A DNA stretch of 64,000 bases, from NCBI GenBank assembly GCA_964016885.1, contig OZ024740.1, positions 334,366,001-334,430,000 on the forward strand, in the 5' to 3' direction. This document shows positions 11,900 through 25,885 of the stretch, in pieces. Numbering within the stretch: position 1 is the stretch's first letter; the number at the start of each line of letters is the position of its first letter. This DNA is from Eledone cirrhosa (Eukaryota). The notes beneath the pieces were generated by a model. The model searched no databases and was not told the DNA's origin. It was given only the letters and a program-made list of their open reading frames with translations. The position numbers and the translations under genes are program-made.

Positions 11900-12760
11900 C
11901 AACTGTATCTAGAACTACTATTGCAGTAACTAGAGAATCTGAAGTTCATCTTTCTCGAACCAAGTTAGGGCAGATTTGTGCCAGCATATGCAGACATCAC
12001 TGTATTAGTGTAGACCAAGCACAGATATTTTCACCGATCAAAAGTAGTACGAAGCCTTGACAGGAGCAGGATATAATCAGGTAAATAAATGGATCTGCAG
12101 CTCAGCACCATGCAGTCCATGTGTTTGGATTTTCTGCGAGTATCCGACGCTAGGCTTCAAATGTTGGGGAAATGTTTTTTTTATTTTCAATTTATAGTTA
12201 CCAATTTTGATTCTGTTTTTGTTATTTTCCATTTTTCTAGGTTTCTCGTATAATCCCATACGGTATCGTCCTGTACGACACTCGAACTTTGTGTAAACAC
12301 TGATGGTTAAATGAAAATGGTTATATCTATTGGGAGTTATGCAAAAAATACAACATAGAAACGCAATGCTAGTGATATGAACATATTCCTCTTGACTCTT
12401 GTCTATCAGGGGAAGGGGTGGTGTTATTTTGTAACCTTGTGATCATGACCACACCAACAAAAATGGATTCTAATTGATATTGTGATCCCTCAACACCACA
12501 ATGTGGCTGAAAAGGAAATGGAAAAGATCAATAAGTATGCAGGTCTTGTAGATGCTATCAGAACTGATCACCACATAGATACCACATAGATACAGAAGTC
12601 GTTCCGATTGTCAGTGGGGTGCTAGACAAGGTTCCAAATCGTCTTAAGTTTTTCACAAAAAGCCATCGAATATCGGACTTCATGGGCAGTGCCCAAATGT
12701 TTACCATAACCAGCAATACTAGAATCCTACGCGATATATTGAGCCTCTGTGATCAGTGAC
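11900..12760 (+). mobile_element. R4/Dong-like non-LTR retrotransposon remnant (restriction-like endonuclease)
   Basis: WILIDIVIPQHHNVAEKEMEKINKYAGL...EVVPIVSGVL matches the IDxxxP...KxxEKxxKY...VVPIVxG RLE signature; 5' boundary uncertain. Confidence 0.65.
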
Positions 12761-13431
12761 TTCTCTGAGACCAATTACCATGTTACACCTAGCGACCGAT
12801 TGTTAGAGAAAAGTTACAAAAGGAAAAGGTTGATTTAATCCACCTTCTCTGCAAATTGCTGGCCGTGTGCAAAATTTATAAACAATTATTACCATCACCA
12901 TTGCCATTATTATATGATCCAAAATCACATGCGATTTAATATATAATATACGTATCTAACTTCAATAGAACATTTTGTACAAATATTGGTGATTTTATCA
13001 TTGCATTTTATTGATTTTCATAAGATTAACCCGGGACGTTAGTAAATATAATCAATACATTTCTTGAAAATTATCTTTACACAGACGGATAATTACATAA
13101 TTTTCCACGAACTATATTGACTGAATTCCCAATTATGAAATGAAATAACAAAATAAATACAAACAGTCGATTCTCCGTAGACAGATTTACAATTACGATA
13201 GGAACGTTTTTCACGAGAAAACGCTTTTCATATGAAAATTTAATCATATTTCAAATGTCTAAAATATAAATTATAAGCTAAATTAATTACCAAATAATAC
13301 GATTAAATGATTTATGGTGAATATCGATATTATTTCATAATTTAAAACAATAGAACACTTTTTCTAGAGATATAATTACGTTACAAATAGTATGATATGA
13401 TAAGAAAAGTCATTACATTTTTTGGAAATAA

Positions 13432-13471
<40 letters not shown>

Positions 13472-13742
13472 ACTCTCTCCCTCCTCCTCCTCCTCTCTCT
13501 CTCTCTGCCTCTCACTCACTCTCTCTCTCCTCCGTCTCTCTCTCACTCTGCATATATATTTATGTATAATAAACATATATGTTTATATATAATAACATTG
13601 CAGGAGTCTCAACAGGAGTGTTTAAGATGTGATTTTATCACAGCTAGCTCAATAATTTAAGGACATTATATACGTATTTCATGACCTATATCACCCGTCG
13701 GTAATGCTTATTTACTAGAAGCTGCAAAGAAAATGATTCTTT

Positions 13743-15192
13743 TTATCGTATCTGGCTAGTAAGGTTGTCTTTAAGATTTCTTCCTCCAATTTGAAGGTGC
13801 ATAACCAGATTTGGCACGGGAACTACGACTATGTTCAAAAAGGTCCCTTGATTACTATCACTGCGAGAAACGCAAATGATTGTTTAAACTGATACGACAC
13901 TTGTATTGAGACTATCGCTTTGAGAAAGATAATCATTTATATAATTGTCTTTCTTAACTTTATTAGATTATATTCCATAATTATGTAAGTTGTAAAAAGC
14001 TGAGGACCGTTATATGATTAAATATGATTCTGTTGTAGATATGATTTTAGACAAATAGTATGCATATGTATAAAGAAAATGATATAATTGTAACTGTAAA
14101 TTGTGAGGCGTGAACAATATGATGTGTTATCGTATAGATTACCAATGTATGCAGTGAGTTTCTCTGACCTTGGTGTTAGGACGACACTCGGCAAGAAATT
14201 GAAGCAAAAATTGGAAAATGAAAAGCACCTTGATGATGATGATCCTAATAATAATACTACTAATAATAATGATAATAGTAATAATAATAGTAGTAATAAT
14301 TTCTTTATTAACCAAACAGGGCTCATATGTATGAGACATTAAAGACGGTACAGGACGATACAGTGTGTGTCTGTTTTTTTTTTTGAAGGATGACATTTAT
14401 AACAGAGATTAAGAAAATAAACATTAAAATAAACAACAACACAAAATCAACTTGGGAATGTTTCTTTATAAAATTAAACAAAATTCAAGTATTCTTTATT
14501 TAATAATATTATGCTAGAAAAATAATATTGTTCATACAAAGTTATGAGACGATAGCGTATCTCATGTTATACTAACGTCGGTAGGTATGTATGAGAAATT
14601 ATTCATTAAGGATAAGCAAGTGTAGCGTCCATTCATGCGAATAACGAATATTTTTTTCGAAATGAATGAATTCGTTGTTCATGATATAAACTGGATATTT
14701 TAAGATTTAAGATATTATATACGTTCTTTCCGGTTATATATTATTTAATTTAAACAAAAATATCGGTTATCTGACATATACGATTATTGAATGCACGTAA
14801 ACGAGGTTGTACGGATATATTAGTAAATTATTTTCGAATCATTGGATATTTCTGTGAGATATGGGGAAATTTTATAATACATATTCTATTTAATATGAGC
14901 AACAATTCTTTTCCTTTCTTAATGTAAGATTTTAATACATTTTCAATGAGAAAAAACCAAGTGGTATAGAATATTTAATTCCAATCATATCTCCCGTGTT
15001 ACAAAGGCTAGTGATTGATGATAATATATTTCATATGAGTAGTGGTATAGATTCAGAAGCGTTTAGCATATGCTATATTCGAGGAGAAATAATGAGCAGG
15101 AGATTAATTAAAATGCATTACATATATTGCTAGAGGGTAACATAAAATTGTAGGATAAACCTCTGGAGATGAATAAATGTTTTGCTTTTCAT
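13743..15192 (-). CDS. Speculative three-exon small secreted protein (83 aa): exons 15192-15161, 14244-14143, 13860-13743
   Basis: GT/AG sites keep frame (both introns phase 2): MKSKTFIHLQRIIIIKVLFIFQFLLQFLAECRPNTKVRETHCIHCDSNQGTFLNIVVVPVPNLVMHLQIGGRNLKDNLTSQIR; signal-peptide-like N-terminus; no homology recognised. Confidence 0.22.
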
Positions 15193-15227
15193 ATAAAATG
15201 ACTTAATGGACAAAACAATTAACATTA

Positions 15228-15485
15228 TTACGGGGTCGATAAAATAAAGTACCAGTAATGCACTGGTAATTGCTGGCCTTGTGCCTAAAGTAGAAACAAT
15301 TATTACTGATAAGATTACGGACGCCATGCTTTCCAGCATAGTTACGTCCCTTTACGATCTGAGTTCAAATCCCGCTGAGGTTGACTTTTTCTTTCATCCT
15401 TACGGGGTCGATAAAATAAAGCACCAGTAATACACTGGGTGTTTTGCTGGCCTTGTGCCTAAAGTAGAAACAATTATTACTGATA
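15228..15485 (+). mobile_element. Partial plus 5'-truncated SINE A copies in tandem
   Basis: tacggggtcgataaaataaag occurs twice, with the same 3' tail caattattactgataagat. Confidence 0.8.
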
Positions 15486-15699
15486 AGATACTGATGCAAA
15501 ACTATATATTTTAAACCTGTAATTTAATAAGATATTGCTGTGACTCATTCTCACTAGGATAAGAAATAAATATGAATTGCATTGCAAGGATAGTCAGTAG
15601 ATTATTCTGGATAAGTTAAAATAATGTTGCTATCAAAAGAGTTAACGCACAGCCTGGCTACGATTAAGAATGTTAGGACATTTATTTCATAATGGGCTA

Positions 15700-15867
15700 T
15701 AATTGTTTCTACTTTTGGCAGAAGGCCAGCAATTACTCAGTGTATTACTGGTACTTTATTTTATCGACCCCGTAAGGATGAAAGGCAAAGTTAACTCAGA
15801 ATGGCAAGGGCAGTAACTCAATGCGTCAAATCATGGCGTCCGACCCTCTACCGATACTGCCAATCCA
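15700..15867 (-). mobile_element. SINE A (internal deletion)
   Basis: Consensus match. Confidence 0.8.
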
Positions 15868-18576
15868 GGCTATAATGATTTTAAATTGACACTGGGTGTG
15901 TACTATATATCTCGAGTTGATAAGTAGTATTCCAAATTAATGAAACTAACTTCTGTGAGACACAAACATACATGCACGCACACGGACACACACACTCACA
16001 CACATACACACACACACACATACACATACACACACATACACACAGACACACATGTATATATATACATGTATATATATATGTATATTTTAATTTCGATACT
16101 ACAACGAAAAGAACACGGAGAAATCTTATTGACATATTTCTTATTGACATATTGAATTAATCTTTCAATATGTTTGTATTGTTTTTCTTAATATATTTAA
16201 TTCATTCTATTGATGTTAATTTTATCGTTTTTGTGACTTCAATCATTAAGTATTATTCAACTTATATACTCCTGTGGTATACATACAACATTCATATGGT
16301 GATTAGTATATTGTATTAGTGTTTAATGTTTAGTATAATATATTTAGTTACTGCATATAATATCTTTATTACTAACAAATGTATAATGAATATTTAGACA
16401 TCCATAATATTTTAAGGTTTCCCAACATCTATTTTGTATTTGTTTAAATTTTCGGACTTGTGATCGTCTTATAGACATGTGTTGATAAATATTGATATTA
16501 TCTATTAGATTATGATGAGGCTAATATAGCAGGAATTAATATTCCTTTTGTTTTAATCAAATCGTTCGTTAATCAATTAGATGATTTAATTTAATTTAAT
16601 CCTGGTCAATTTTTATCATATATAATTTACATATATAATATATTTAATACTGTATACATTAAGAACTTATATCATGTATAGACGAAAACATTATATTTCA
16701 TCGTCTTTATACATACATAGGAGTCTTATGCGGTTTATTTTCGGTTTCTGCAACGTATACATCAATTAATATTATATTAAACTTCTAATTAGAAGAAACA
16801 TTATTTCAAACGAATTATGTTTAACATTAAGCATTGGAGACACCCTCTGCAACATCATGAAATCTAACATTAAAGAAAATATGTGAAATGCAATTACTAC
16901 TCGAATTTGCATTTAGCAATAAATCAATTATCGCTGGTGTGACTTATGATTAAATTAATTTTAACAGTAACGATACCACCGTTTATCCATTTCTTTCTCA
17001 AATAAATTAGGACCTGATTTGATACATTTCTTAATGATATACATAGCAAGTTTAAAACAGTATTTGAACTTCCCGACGAATACGTTTCCTAGTACCAGTT
17101 GTCTATTAGTCTCCCTCTCTGTCGTACGTACAGTCCGTATGTAACTCCCACAGTGCTGTAGTATGTTGTATTATGATAACTGAGACAGACACGAAAACAT
17201 AGAGGCATTTTGGAAGTACTATTCCCAAGACGAATTGATAAAGAATGAATTTTACAGTTTGTGAATGATAGGCATAGCCTATTTGTGCGTTACCACGTTC
17301 AAATCGTATGTGCCCTTGAAAAATTAATGGGCTGACCGGTGCTATACGAAACACCATTATGATAGATTCGTTGACATATTTATATACATTCTCTTCGTAA
17401 AACTATTACTAACTAAACATATCGCGTTTTGAAGAAATACCATATTTCTGGCAATTTTAAATAGGAACATGCATGAATAGCTACTTGGTGTTGTTTCATG
17501 GAATACATATAACATTAGATTAAATCATAATATAGTTTACCAGATAGAAATGGGATGTATAGCGATGTTTTCTAATGTTATTTTTCTCATTTTCTTTCTT
17601 TCTCAACCTTATAAAAAGGGATAAGAGTTTCCTATCTGATAAAAAAAAGATAACGAAAATAAATATTTTTAATTTTGACAGTTTTTAATTTTACGCATGT
17701 AAAACCTGCCAACCTCGAAAAACACAAACGGGGACTACCATGAAGAAAAGTGCCCCAAAATGTGGAGAAATAAGACAAAATGTGGATATTTTACATAATG
17801 AAAGTTATACCCTTTTTCACAAGAGAAGGCTTCTCTCTCCCATCGCAAAGGTTATTGCAAATCTGTAATTGATTCCATCTTGACATAATGCCAATCCACC
17901 AGGAATATGTTTGCAATAAACAGCGCGTACATGATTCTACTACCATATTTATTTCTCAATTAAACCTCAGCCCCTCTAGTGGGTCACTGTTGAATGGATT
18001 ACTTGGTGACTGTCCTTTTTATCTATTAAGAAATAGCTACTGTCTTTTTTTAGCATCCATTCCTTTCTTTCAACAAAAGCTTCAACATTGAATATTCAAC
18101 CTAAATATATCTTCCCCACTAATGCTCAGTTTGGTCCTCAATATTTTTACTGGTTTATCATAAATTTCTAGTAACAAAGAAATACTAAGTCGAAGAAGGT
18201 ACTGAATACTTGAGTTCGTAGAGTGACTACAATTTATGTGAGAAAGTAAACTTTCTTTTCTATCAGTATTTCAAATTGTAGGTATATGTTGAAGTGTATA
18301 GAAGAATGTGTACAAATATACGTTAACATATATAACAAATATACATTAACTCTTTTATATTTATATAAAATACATTACTTTATATATATTTGTGTGTGTG
18401 TGTATGAGCGTACCCCCATGGGTATGTGCAGCTACGAGTGAATATATGTGATTTATGCAAATATATGTAGAAAAATGGGCAATTCCCCATTATGTGTTAA
18501 ACAGTAATACCTATTTGAAGGATTACATGTGAAAAAACTTAACAACCAGTTTACTTGAAAAAATACAACCTATCAC

Positions 18577-18663
<87 letters not shown>

Positions 18664-19069
18664 AAGGTTAAACAAGGTTCAATGAATAAATCAAAGAATG
18701 AGTTTTAATAAATATACTTGATCACAAGAATGTCTATTTTGGTTAATATTTTGAATTAATATATTTATATATTAAATATTTATATATTTAATTGCAAAAA
18801 TAAATAATAACAGTTATAGAGGGGAAATTGTATTATATTACCTGTATGGATTATCATGAAATAACATTTATTAGAACGTGTAACGACCGCGAATGTTCCA
18901 GAATTATATATGTACCTCTTATTTGGAGTGAAGCGAAAATGAATAAGCCATATTTCAGATGAAATATGAATCAAAATACAGATCAACCATAACGCGAACA
19001 AATACCTATGATTCCTAGTAGACAACTGATGACGGATACTCCTCTCTTTCGCCCGTAATTTTATTTTTC

Positions 19070-19105
<36 letters not shown>

Positions 19106-19294
19106 TGTATGTATGTATATAAGTATGTAACAATAATTGTAGTTGTGAAAAAGAAAAAGGAAACCGCTACTTAATCGGTAAGAGAGCAGAACTTTTGGGA
19201 TTATTTAATTAGATTCATACATGGAAAATAGGCGCTACCAAAGGTTTCAAAACCAAAACTTTACCATAACTCCAGAATACGAGAACCATCAAAT

Positions 19295-19471
19295 TAATTG
19301 TTCCTACTTTAGGCACAAGGCCAGCAATCACCCAGTGCATTACTGGTACTTTATTTTATCGACCCCGTAAGGATGAAAGGCAAAGTCAACCTCGGCGGGA
19401 TTTGAACTCAGATCGTAAAGGGACGTAACTATGCTGGAAAGCATGGCGTCCGACCCTCTACCGATACTGCC
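19295..19471 (-). mobile_element. SINE A
   Basis: Consensus match. Confidence 0.85.
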
Positions 19472-19511
19472 GAAATTAATGACCATTCTGCAGGCACTTA
19501 TATATATATAT

Positions 19512-19940
19512 TTTCTAGGGCGGGTAAAATTCTCGAGATCCATGGACGAGTTCTCTCCAGCGGTCTCTGCCCTCATTATCGCTGCCATATCCTGCGTCTC
19601 CAACAGACCAATGTCTGTCCTTGGGGCATCAACATACGTTAACCTTGGTCTTCCTCTTCCAGTGTGTCCATGTAGGGGCTCCCACAGGAGCACTGAGTGC
19701 AATGTCAACACTAGATGTCGGTGAGCATGTCCAGCTAACCTCAGTCTCCCCTGTGTCACTTTTGAGCTAAATTTTGGGAGGCTCCCATACAGCTCTGAGT
19801 TTTTCATCCTCAGTGTATACTGATTAATGTTCGGAGCCATCCTCAGCATTCTCGTGTAGCACCCATCCACCATTGGAGTGAGTTTATTGGTCAGTGTCCA
19901 AGTCTCAGACCCGTACAGCAGCACAGACTCCACTACAGCA
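19512..19940 (-). mobile_element. RTE/RTEX-type LINE 3' fragment
   Basis: ESVLLYGSETWTLT...DGCYTRMLR...RLRLAGH...GRPRLTYVD; same family as 41228-42545. Confidence 0.85.
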
Positions 19941-20009
19941 GCGTATGTGTGTGTATGTGTGTGTGTATGTGTGTGTGTGGGGGTGAGTGTGTGTGGGGGG
20001 GTGGTGCGC

Positions 20010-20046
<37 letters not shown>

Positions 20047-20257
20047 TGTGTTTGTGTGTGTGTGTGTATTAAATATATTGCCTATATGTGTTTATACAGC
20101 ATACGTATCTATATGTGTGTGTTTGTGTGTGCGCTCGTACACTATTTAGAAATCTGTTTTTTGTCGCTTAGATTTCCATTAACAACACCCTATAGAGATG
20201 ATTTGTACATGATTGTCTGACTGTTTCTTCAAAATATATTACATATACATACATATC

Positions 20258-20294
<37 letters not shown>

Positions 20295-20320
20295 GTTTAT
20301 GTATGTATATGTAATATATT

Positions 20321-20367
<47 letters not shown>

Positions 20368-21770
20368 TATATATATATGTGTGTGTGTGAGTGTGTGTGT
20401 TTATATATATATATATATGTATATATGTTTATACACACACACACACCCACCACACACAAACATATATATATATATATAATATATATAATATATTATTTCT
20501 TTTTTTTTTCCATTTTATACGCAAAATAATGATTTTATCGAGAATCTATTCTCCTGACATACAATTTTGTATATTTCCTAATATTTGTTATATAAATATG
20601 TACAATACTGGCACACACGAATAAAGATATTGATTAATATACGCCTTTCACACACACACACACAACATACACATATATATATATATACTGCATACATATA
20701 TCTATCTATCTATCTATCTACATATATAGAGAGTCACACCTAACTAATACACACGCACGCATATTTAAATATATATATATATACGTGTGTGTGTGGGTGT
20801 TTGTGTGTGTGTGTGTAAATAATCTTTAAATTATTTTATTCATATGAAAATCATACAACATAAAAATAAAGCGCCTCTTTCAATGGAATCTATGGTAGAA
20901 ACATTTCTGGTTTCGTGTAAAACCTTATTTAGTAGTTTCACGCCCAGGGAGATAACATGTCAATATAACAACAGGATTATTTCGATTTCTATTTGCATTG
21001 GTCTTTTCAAATTCGGAGCAGCGAAAGTATATCTCAGTTAATATATCATCTATAATATTTCTTCAGTTAAGTTTAACTCTTATCGAAAGAGAAAAATTCT
21101 ATACACCAGAGAAAGCCCATGGCGTAAGCGATTTTTAACAATACGGTATATGATACCTTGCTATAATACGTCTTTTAAGTATTATATATTACTTCTATAT
21201 AGTCACATATATTTGCTAAACGAAACAAAATGTTTTCAATTTTCCAATTCATATCATGTATCCAATTTTCGATTGCTAAAAATATAAACAGTCGGGAAAA
21301 ATTCAGCATAGTTTGTAAAGTATTAATAATAGTGATTCGGGACGCCTGAAGCTGGTGAGATTCAGCCTGGAATTATGTTGCTACATGCTTTTCTTATGAT
21401 AGTTGTCGTTGTTAATGGGAATACCAACATAAATTACAAATGTGATTAAGGTTGTTCCAGTCGTTATATTTTTAACTTTTATTGAACCGTAGTGGATTCC
21501 GGGAGACAATGTTCTAGATGGGTTTAACTTTCTAGAAAAGCATGTGATTGAAGGAACTCTTAGCTAAAATTTCTAATACGTAGACAAATTGGATCGAGGA
21601 TCGCCTGCTGGCTTTTATTTGTTCTTGTAAATTAAAGTGTCTCTTCGTGTATGTGACTGAGATTTTTTTTACACGGAATTCCATAAGTGAGATGTATTAT
21701 TATAATAAAAAGTAGTACGTGCTCATGTGTGGAATGTGCGGATATATATATATATGATATATATATATGA

Positions 21771-21846
<76 letters not shown>

Positions 21847-21849
21847 CAC

Positions 21850-22130
21850 ACAAACAGCGGACAACAGAGGCCACGTACCGTTCCACTCCGACAGATAACT
21901 TTCCCCTCGGAAAACTCCCAGTTGATGGATGTGAATACGAAATACAGGGTCAATTAAATCTCTCCCAGGGTAACTCTATCTCGGGATATTATTTTCATTT
22001 TTTACGCTCTTTCCTACGTTCCCCTACACACTATACATCTCATTCTACATTCCTTTACATCTCTCTCTTCACCACCGGATACTGTTACCCTGTGATTTAC
22101 CTATCTGCATTGCTGAGGCTTCCAAATCGA
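21850..22130 (+). mobile_element. Diverged PLE terminal-repeat fragment related to 54390-54690
   Basis: Shares cccagttgatggatgtgaat.cgaaata...aattaaatctctccca.ggtaac and tacatctctctc..ccaccggat. Confidence 0.55.
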
Positions 22131-23058
22131 AAGAAAAAAAAATGTATATATATATATATGGAAGGACATGTAATGTGTGATGAATTTAAATGCAATCTAA
22201 ATATGATAAAAATGTGAAAGAAGCGTCTGCTAGAATCGAACCTACAGTGAGTACACCAAGTCCAGAACAACTAGGTTAAGGCAGTTTGAAAGATTTTAAC
22301 ATCAAAGTTAGCACGCTATTGATTAAGATTACGTCTATTATAACCTTCATATTGGCGGGACTTTAATTAAAAAAATCTGTAATTTACTAATAATTGATTA
22401 CAACATTCAATGAGAAGTTACTTCAATTCGCTAGCTTCCTCTCGTCAATAGGACATTGCCTTATATGATTTTACACTCATTTAAATTAATTGCAATCATT
22501 CTATGCCATATTTTCTGTAAACATTACACAATATATATCCTTGTTCTATATAAGTATCTAACTCTCTATCGCCGGGCTGCTACTAGGATGCGTGCTATGT
22601 TGTTACATTTATATATATATTTACATTTAGCTATGGTTTTGCACTGGTCCTTCCGCCCGCCAAGATTTTAATATTTATTTGATATATTCAAATAATACGT
22701 TGTTCATATCGTCAGCGTGACTCTTTTTATATTTCCCACCATAATCTCCACAAGCCCTGTCGACATGTAACCTCAGGCTTTATTAAATTTCATTTCTACA
22801 CACTACGTAGGATTACAGTCACAATTGACCCCCTCTCTCGAAAAGAAAGTATAAAATACTAACCGTTGGACACATAAAGGAACAATTTGAAACAGTTCCT
22901 ATACTGGTGAGGCTGCCGTCGTTCTGTATATCGACTTGGAACAAAGTATATATAGAGAGTGGGTAACCGAGATGCGCCATTTTTTTACATAAACATACAT
23001 ATTTGTTTAATATATAGACATGTAAATATGCTAACAATACGAATTTCCATTATATACA

Positions 23059-23244
23059 CAATTATTTCTACTTTTGGCACAAGGCCAGCAAATACCCAGT
23101 GTATTACTGGTACTTTATCGACCCCGTAAGGTTGAAAGGCAAAGTTAACCTCGGCGGGATTTTGAACTCAGAATGGCAAGGGCCGTAACTCAATGCGTCA
23201 AATCATGGCGTCCGACCCTTTATTGATACTGCCAATCCACCGCC
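23059..23244 (-). mobile_element. SINE A
   Basis: Consensus match. Confidence 0.85.
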
Positions 23245-23745
23245 CTATATACATAATATATATATACATATATATACATAATGGCGCAACCTCGGTGACC
23301 CATTCCGTATATATGTATAATAAGTGTGTCGTACAACTCGGCTCCTTAGCGCACTTGTTAATATATATATTAATTAACTAACCACACAAGCACTATTCAT
23401 ATGCAAATCAAATGTGTGTTTCCTCGTGGCTGTTTAGATGAGATATACACGTTTTGATGTAGAAAGAGCTAGGTCTGCAACATTGATTGAAATCTTTATC
23501 ATTTTTTTTAATTTACAGGGCAATGTGTATTTTCGGGCATGTCTACACATTTTTTTAAATGGGTATAATTATATACACACTCGCACAGTCTCGTGTGTAT
23601 ATATATATATATATATATATGTGAAGATAGACATAGAATATTCGAAAATATTCTGTATGTTTATAATAAACATTTTGAAGACCTAATCGCTATAGAATAG
23701 AATACGTCACGTATTACAATTAGATTCTCGATAAAAGCAAGGGAA

Positions 23746-23788
23746 GTAACCTACGCGTTTCATTCTTATTAGAAATCTTCAGGATTAC
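23746..23788 (-). ncRNA. Minimal type I hammerhead ribozyme, monomer 1
   Basis: Minus strand: gtaatc-CTGAAGA-t-ttct(aata)agaa-t-GAAA-cgcg-TA-ggttac. Confidence 0.85.
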
Positions 23789-24055
23789 ATATCCAGTGCT
23801 TTTATCGAGAATGACACAGCTAGAGACTTATAGAATACTTAGCTGTGTACAGGAACTGGTTTGAAAGAGCGGTTGCCGGTCCGGCAGAAATTAGAAATTG
23901 GAATAAATGCTCTGAAATAGCGATATATATGTGAAGATAGACATAGAATATTCGAAAATATTCTGTATGTTTATAATAAACATTTTGAAGACCTAATCGC
24001 TATAGAATAGAATACGTCACGTATTACAATTAGATTCTCGATAAAAGCAAGGGAA

Positions 24056-24098
24056 GTAACCTACGCGTTTCATTCTTATTAGAAATCTTCAGGATTAC
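24056..24098 (-). ncRNA. Minimal type I hammerhead ribozyme, monomer 2
   Basis: Identical to 23746-23788 (+310). Confidence 0.85.
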
Positions 24099-24365
24099 AT
24101 ATCCAGTGCTTTTATCGAGAATGACACAGCTAGAGACTTATAGAATACTTAGCTGTGTACAGGAACTGGTTTGAAAGAGCGGTTGCCGGTCCGGCAGAAA
24201 TTAGAAGTTGGAATAAATGCTCTGAAATAGCGATATATATGTGAAGATAGACATAGAATATTCGAAAATATTCTGTATGTTTATAATAAACATTTTGAAG
24301 ACCTAATCGCTATAGAATAGAATACGTCACGTATTACAATTAGATTCTCGATAAAAGCAAGGGAA

Positions 24366-24408
24366 GTAACCTACGCGTTTCATTCTTATTAGAAATCTTC
24401 AGGATTAC
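24366..24408 (-). ncRNA. Minimal type I hammerhead ribozyme, monomer 3
   Basis: Identical (+620). Confidence 0.85.
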
Positions 24409-24675
24409 ATATCCAGTGCTTTTATCGAGAATGACACAGCTAGAGACTTATAGAATACTTAGCTGTGTACAGGAACTGGTTTGAAAGAGCGGTTGCCGGT
24501 CCGGCAGAAATTAGAAATTGGAATAAATGCTCTGAAATAGCGATATATATGTGAAGATAGACATAGAATATTCGAAAATATTCTGTATGTTTATAATAAA
24601 CATTTTGAAGACCTAATCGCTATAGAATAGAATACGTCACGTATTACAATTAGATTCTCGATAAAAGCAAGGGAA

Positions 24676-24718
24676 GTAACCTACGCGTTTCATTCTTATT
24701 AGAAATCTTCAGGATTAC
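24676..24718 (-). ncRNA. Minimal type I hammerhead ribozyme, monomer 4
   Basis: Identical (+930). Confidence 0.85.
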
Positions 24719-24883
24719 ATATCCAGTGCTTTTATCGAGAATGACACAGCTAGAGACTTCTAGAATACTTAGCTGTGTACAGGAACTGGTTTGAAAGAGC
24801 GGTTGCCGGTCCGGCAGAAATTAGAAATTGGAATAAATGCTCTGAAATAGCGATATATATGTGAAGATAGACATAGAATATTC

Positions 24884-25047
24884 GAGAATCTAATTGTAAT
24901 TTTATCGAGAATCTAATTGTAATACGTGACGTATTCTATTCTATAGCGATTAGGTCTTCAAAATGTTTATTATAAACATACAGAATATTTTCGAATATTC
25001 TATGTCTATCTTCACATATATATCGCTATTTCAGAGCATTTATTCCA

Positions 25048-25049
<2 letters not shown>
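24884..25049 (+). repeat. Inverted partial copy of the 310-bp monomer closing the array
   Basis: tttatcgagaatctaattgtaatacgtgacg...atatcgctatttcagagcatttattccaat is the reverse complement of the monomer; a short junction duplication precedes it. Confidence 0.85.
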
Positions 25050-25085
<36 letters not shown>

Positions 25086-25099
25086 TTGTGTGTCCATAT

Positions 25100-25619
25100 A
25101 GGTATGCCGGTTGAGCACTCTATGCTCTTACAGAGCAGAGTATGATATAATATAGAACGAAAAATCAGTGATGCATCTGAACTCAATTTATTGTATGTTA
25201 TAATTATTTCGCCTTAATGTGTGGGTATAGCGGGAGCCTATGCGTACGACTGTCGGAATTTATGTGGTTGTGTGTGAGTGCGCGCGTGGATGTGTGGACT
25301 ACCAAACACGACAGTTATTCATTGAAGCCTAGCAGACATGAGTCAGCGAAATAATACCTGTGGTCAGTATTTATGATGATGTAGGCAACCAGCGGCCAAT
25401 CACTGGACGCGCGAAGAGGATGAAGATTTTGACAGTACTGGCCCACATCGTCAGATACCCCAGTGGAAGAATATGCTCCGAAATCATTAGACGTGTCCGT
25501 CGAACCTGCGGGTCCAGATCAGACAGATCCACACGATGATCGCATCTCGAGCTGTCCGCGGGCGAAACAATTGTAACAAACAATAAATTGAGTTCAGATG
25601 CATCACTGATTTGTCGCTT

Positions 25620-25628
<9 letters not shown>
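25100..25628. mobile_element. PLE-type terminal repeat with inverted ends and a decayed long-stem-II hammerhead
   Basis: 25146-25214 is inverse to 25561-25628; 3' half-ribozyme gggc-GAAA-caattg-TA-acaaac. Confidence 0.5.
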
Positions 25629-25708
<80 letters not shown>

Positions 25709-25791
25709 GGAGGTGAGTTTTATTGTAGCACAATAAAGCAATGCAAGTATCGGATAAGTAGCACTCTACAGTTTGTAGGATTGGAGTATAA

Positions 25792-25885
25792 ATAATATAA
25801 GATCAAAAGATGGTTAAAAGAGTTCCAAGTATTTTATTATGCGCATAATAAAATACTTGGAACTCTTTTAACCGTCTTTTGATCT

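Larger units (their letters stand above)
23613..24885 (-). mobile_element. Tandem array of 310-bp non-coding monomers, each carrying a hammerhead (putative non-LTR retrozyme)
   Basis: gtgaagatagacatag recurs at 23621, 23931, 24241, 24551 and 24861; only two differences seen among copies (24207, 24760). Confidence 0.85.

Noticed and set aside
16505-16548. ATGATGA-ggcta(ata)tagc-aGGAA HHR-like string
   Set aside because: Too many core mismatches in very AT-rich sequence.
23613-24885. CRISPR-like or plain satellite reading of the 310-bp array
   Set aside because: No unique spacers and eukaryotic context; the ribozyme and structural homologue point to an RNA-derived element.
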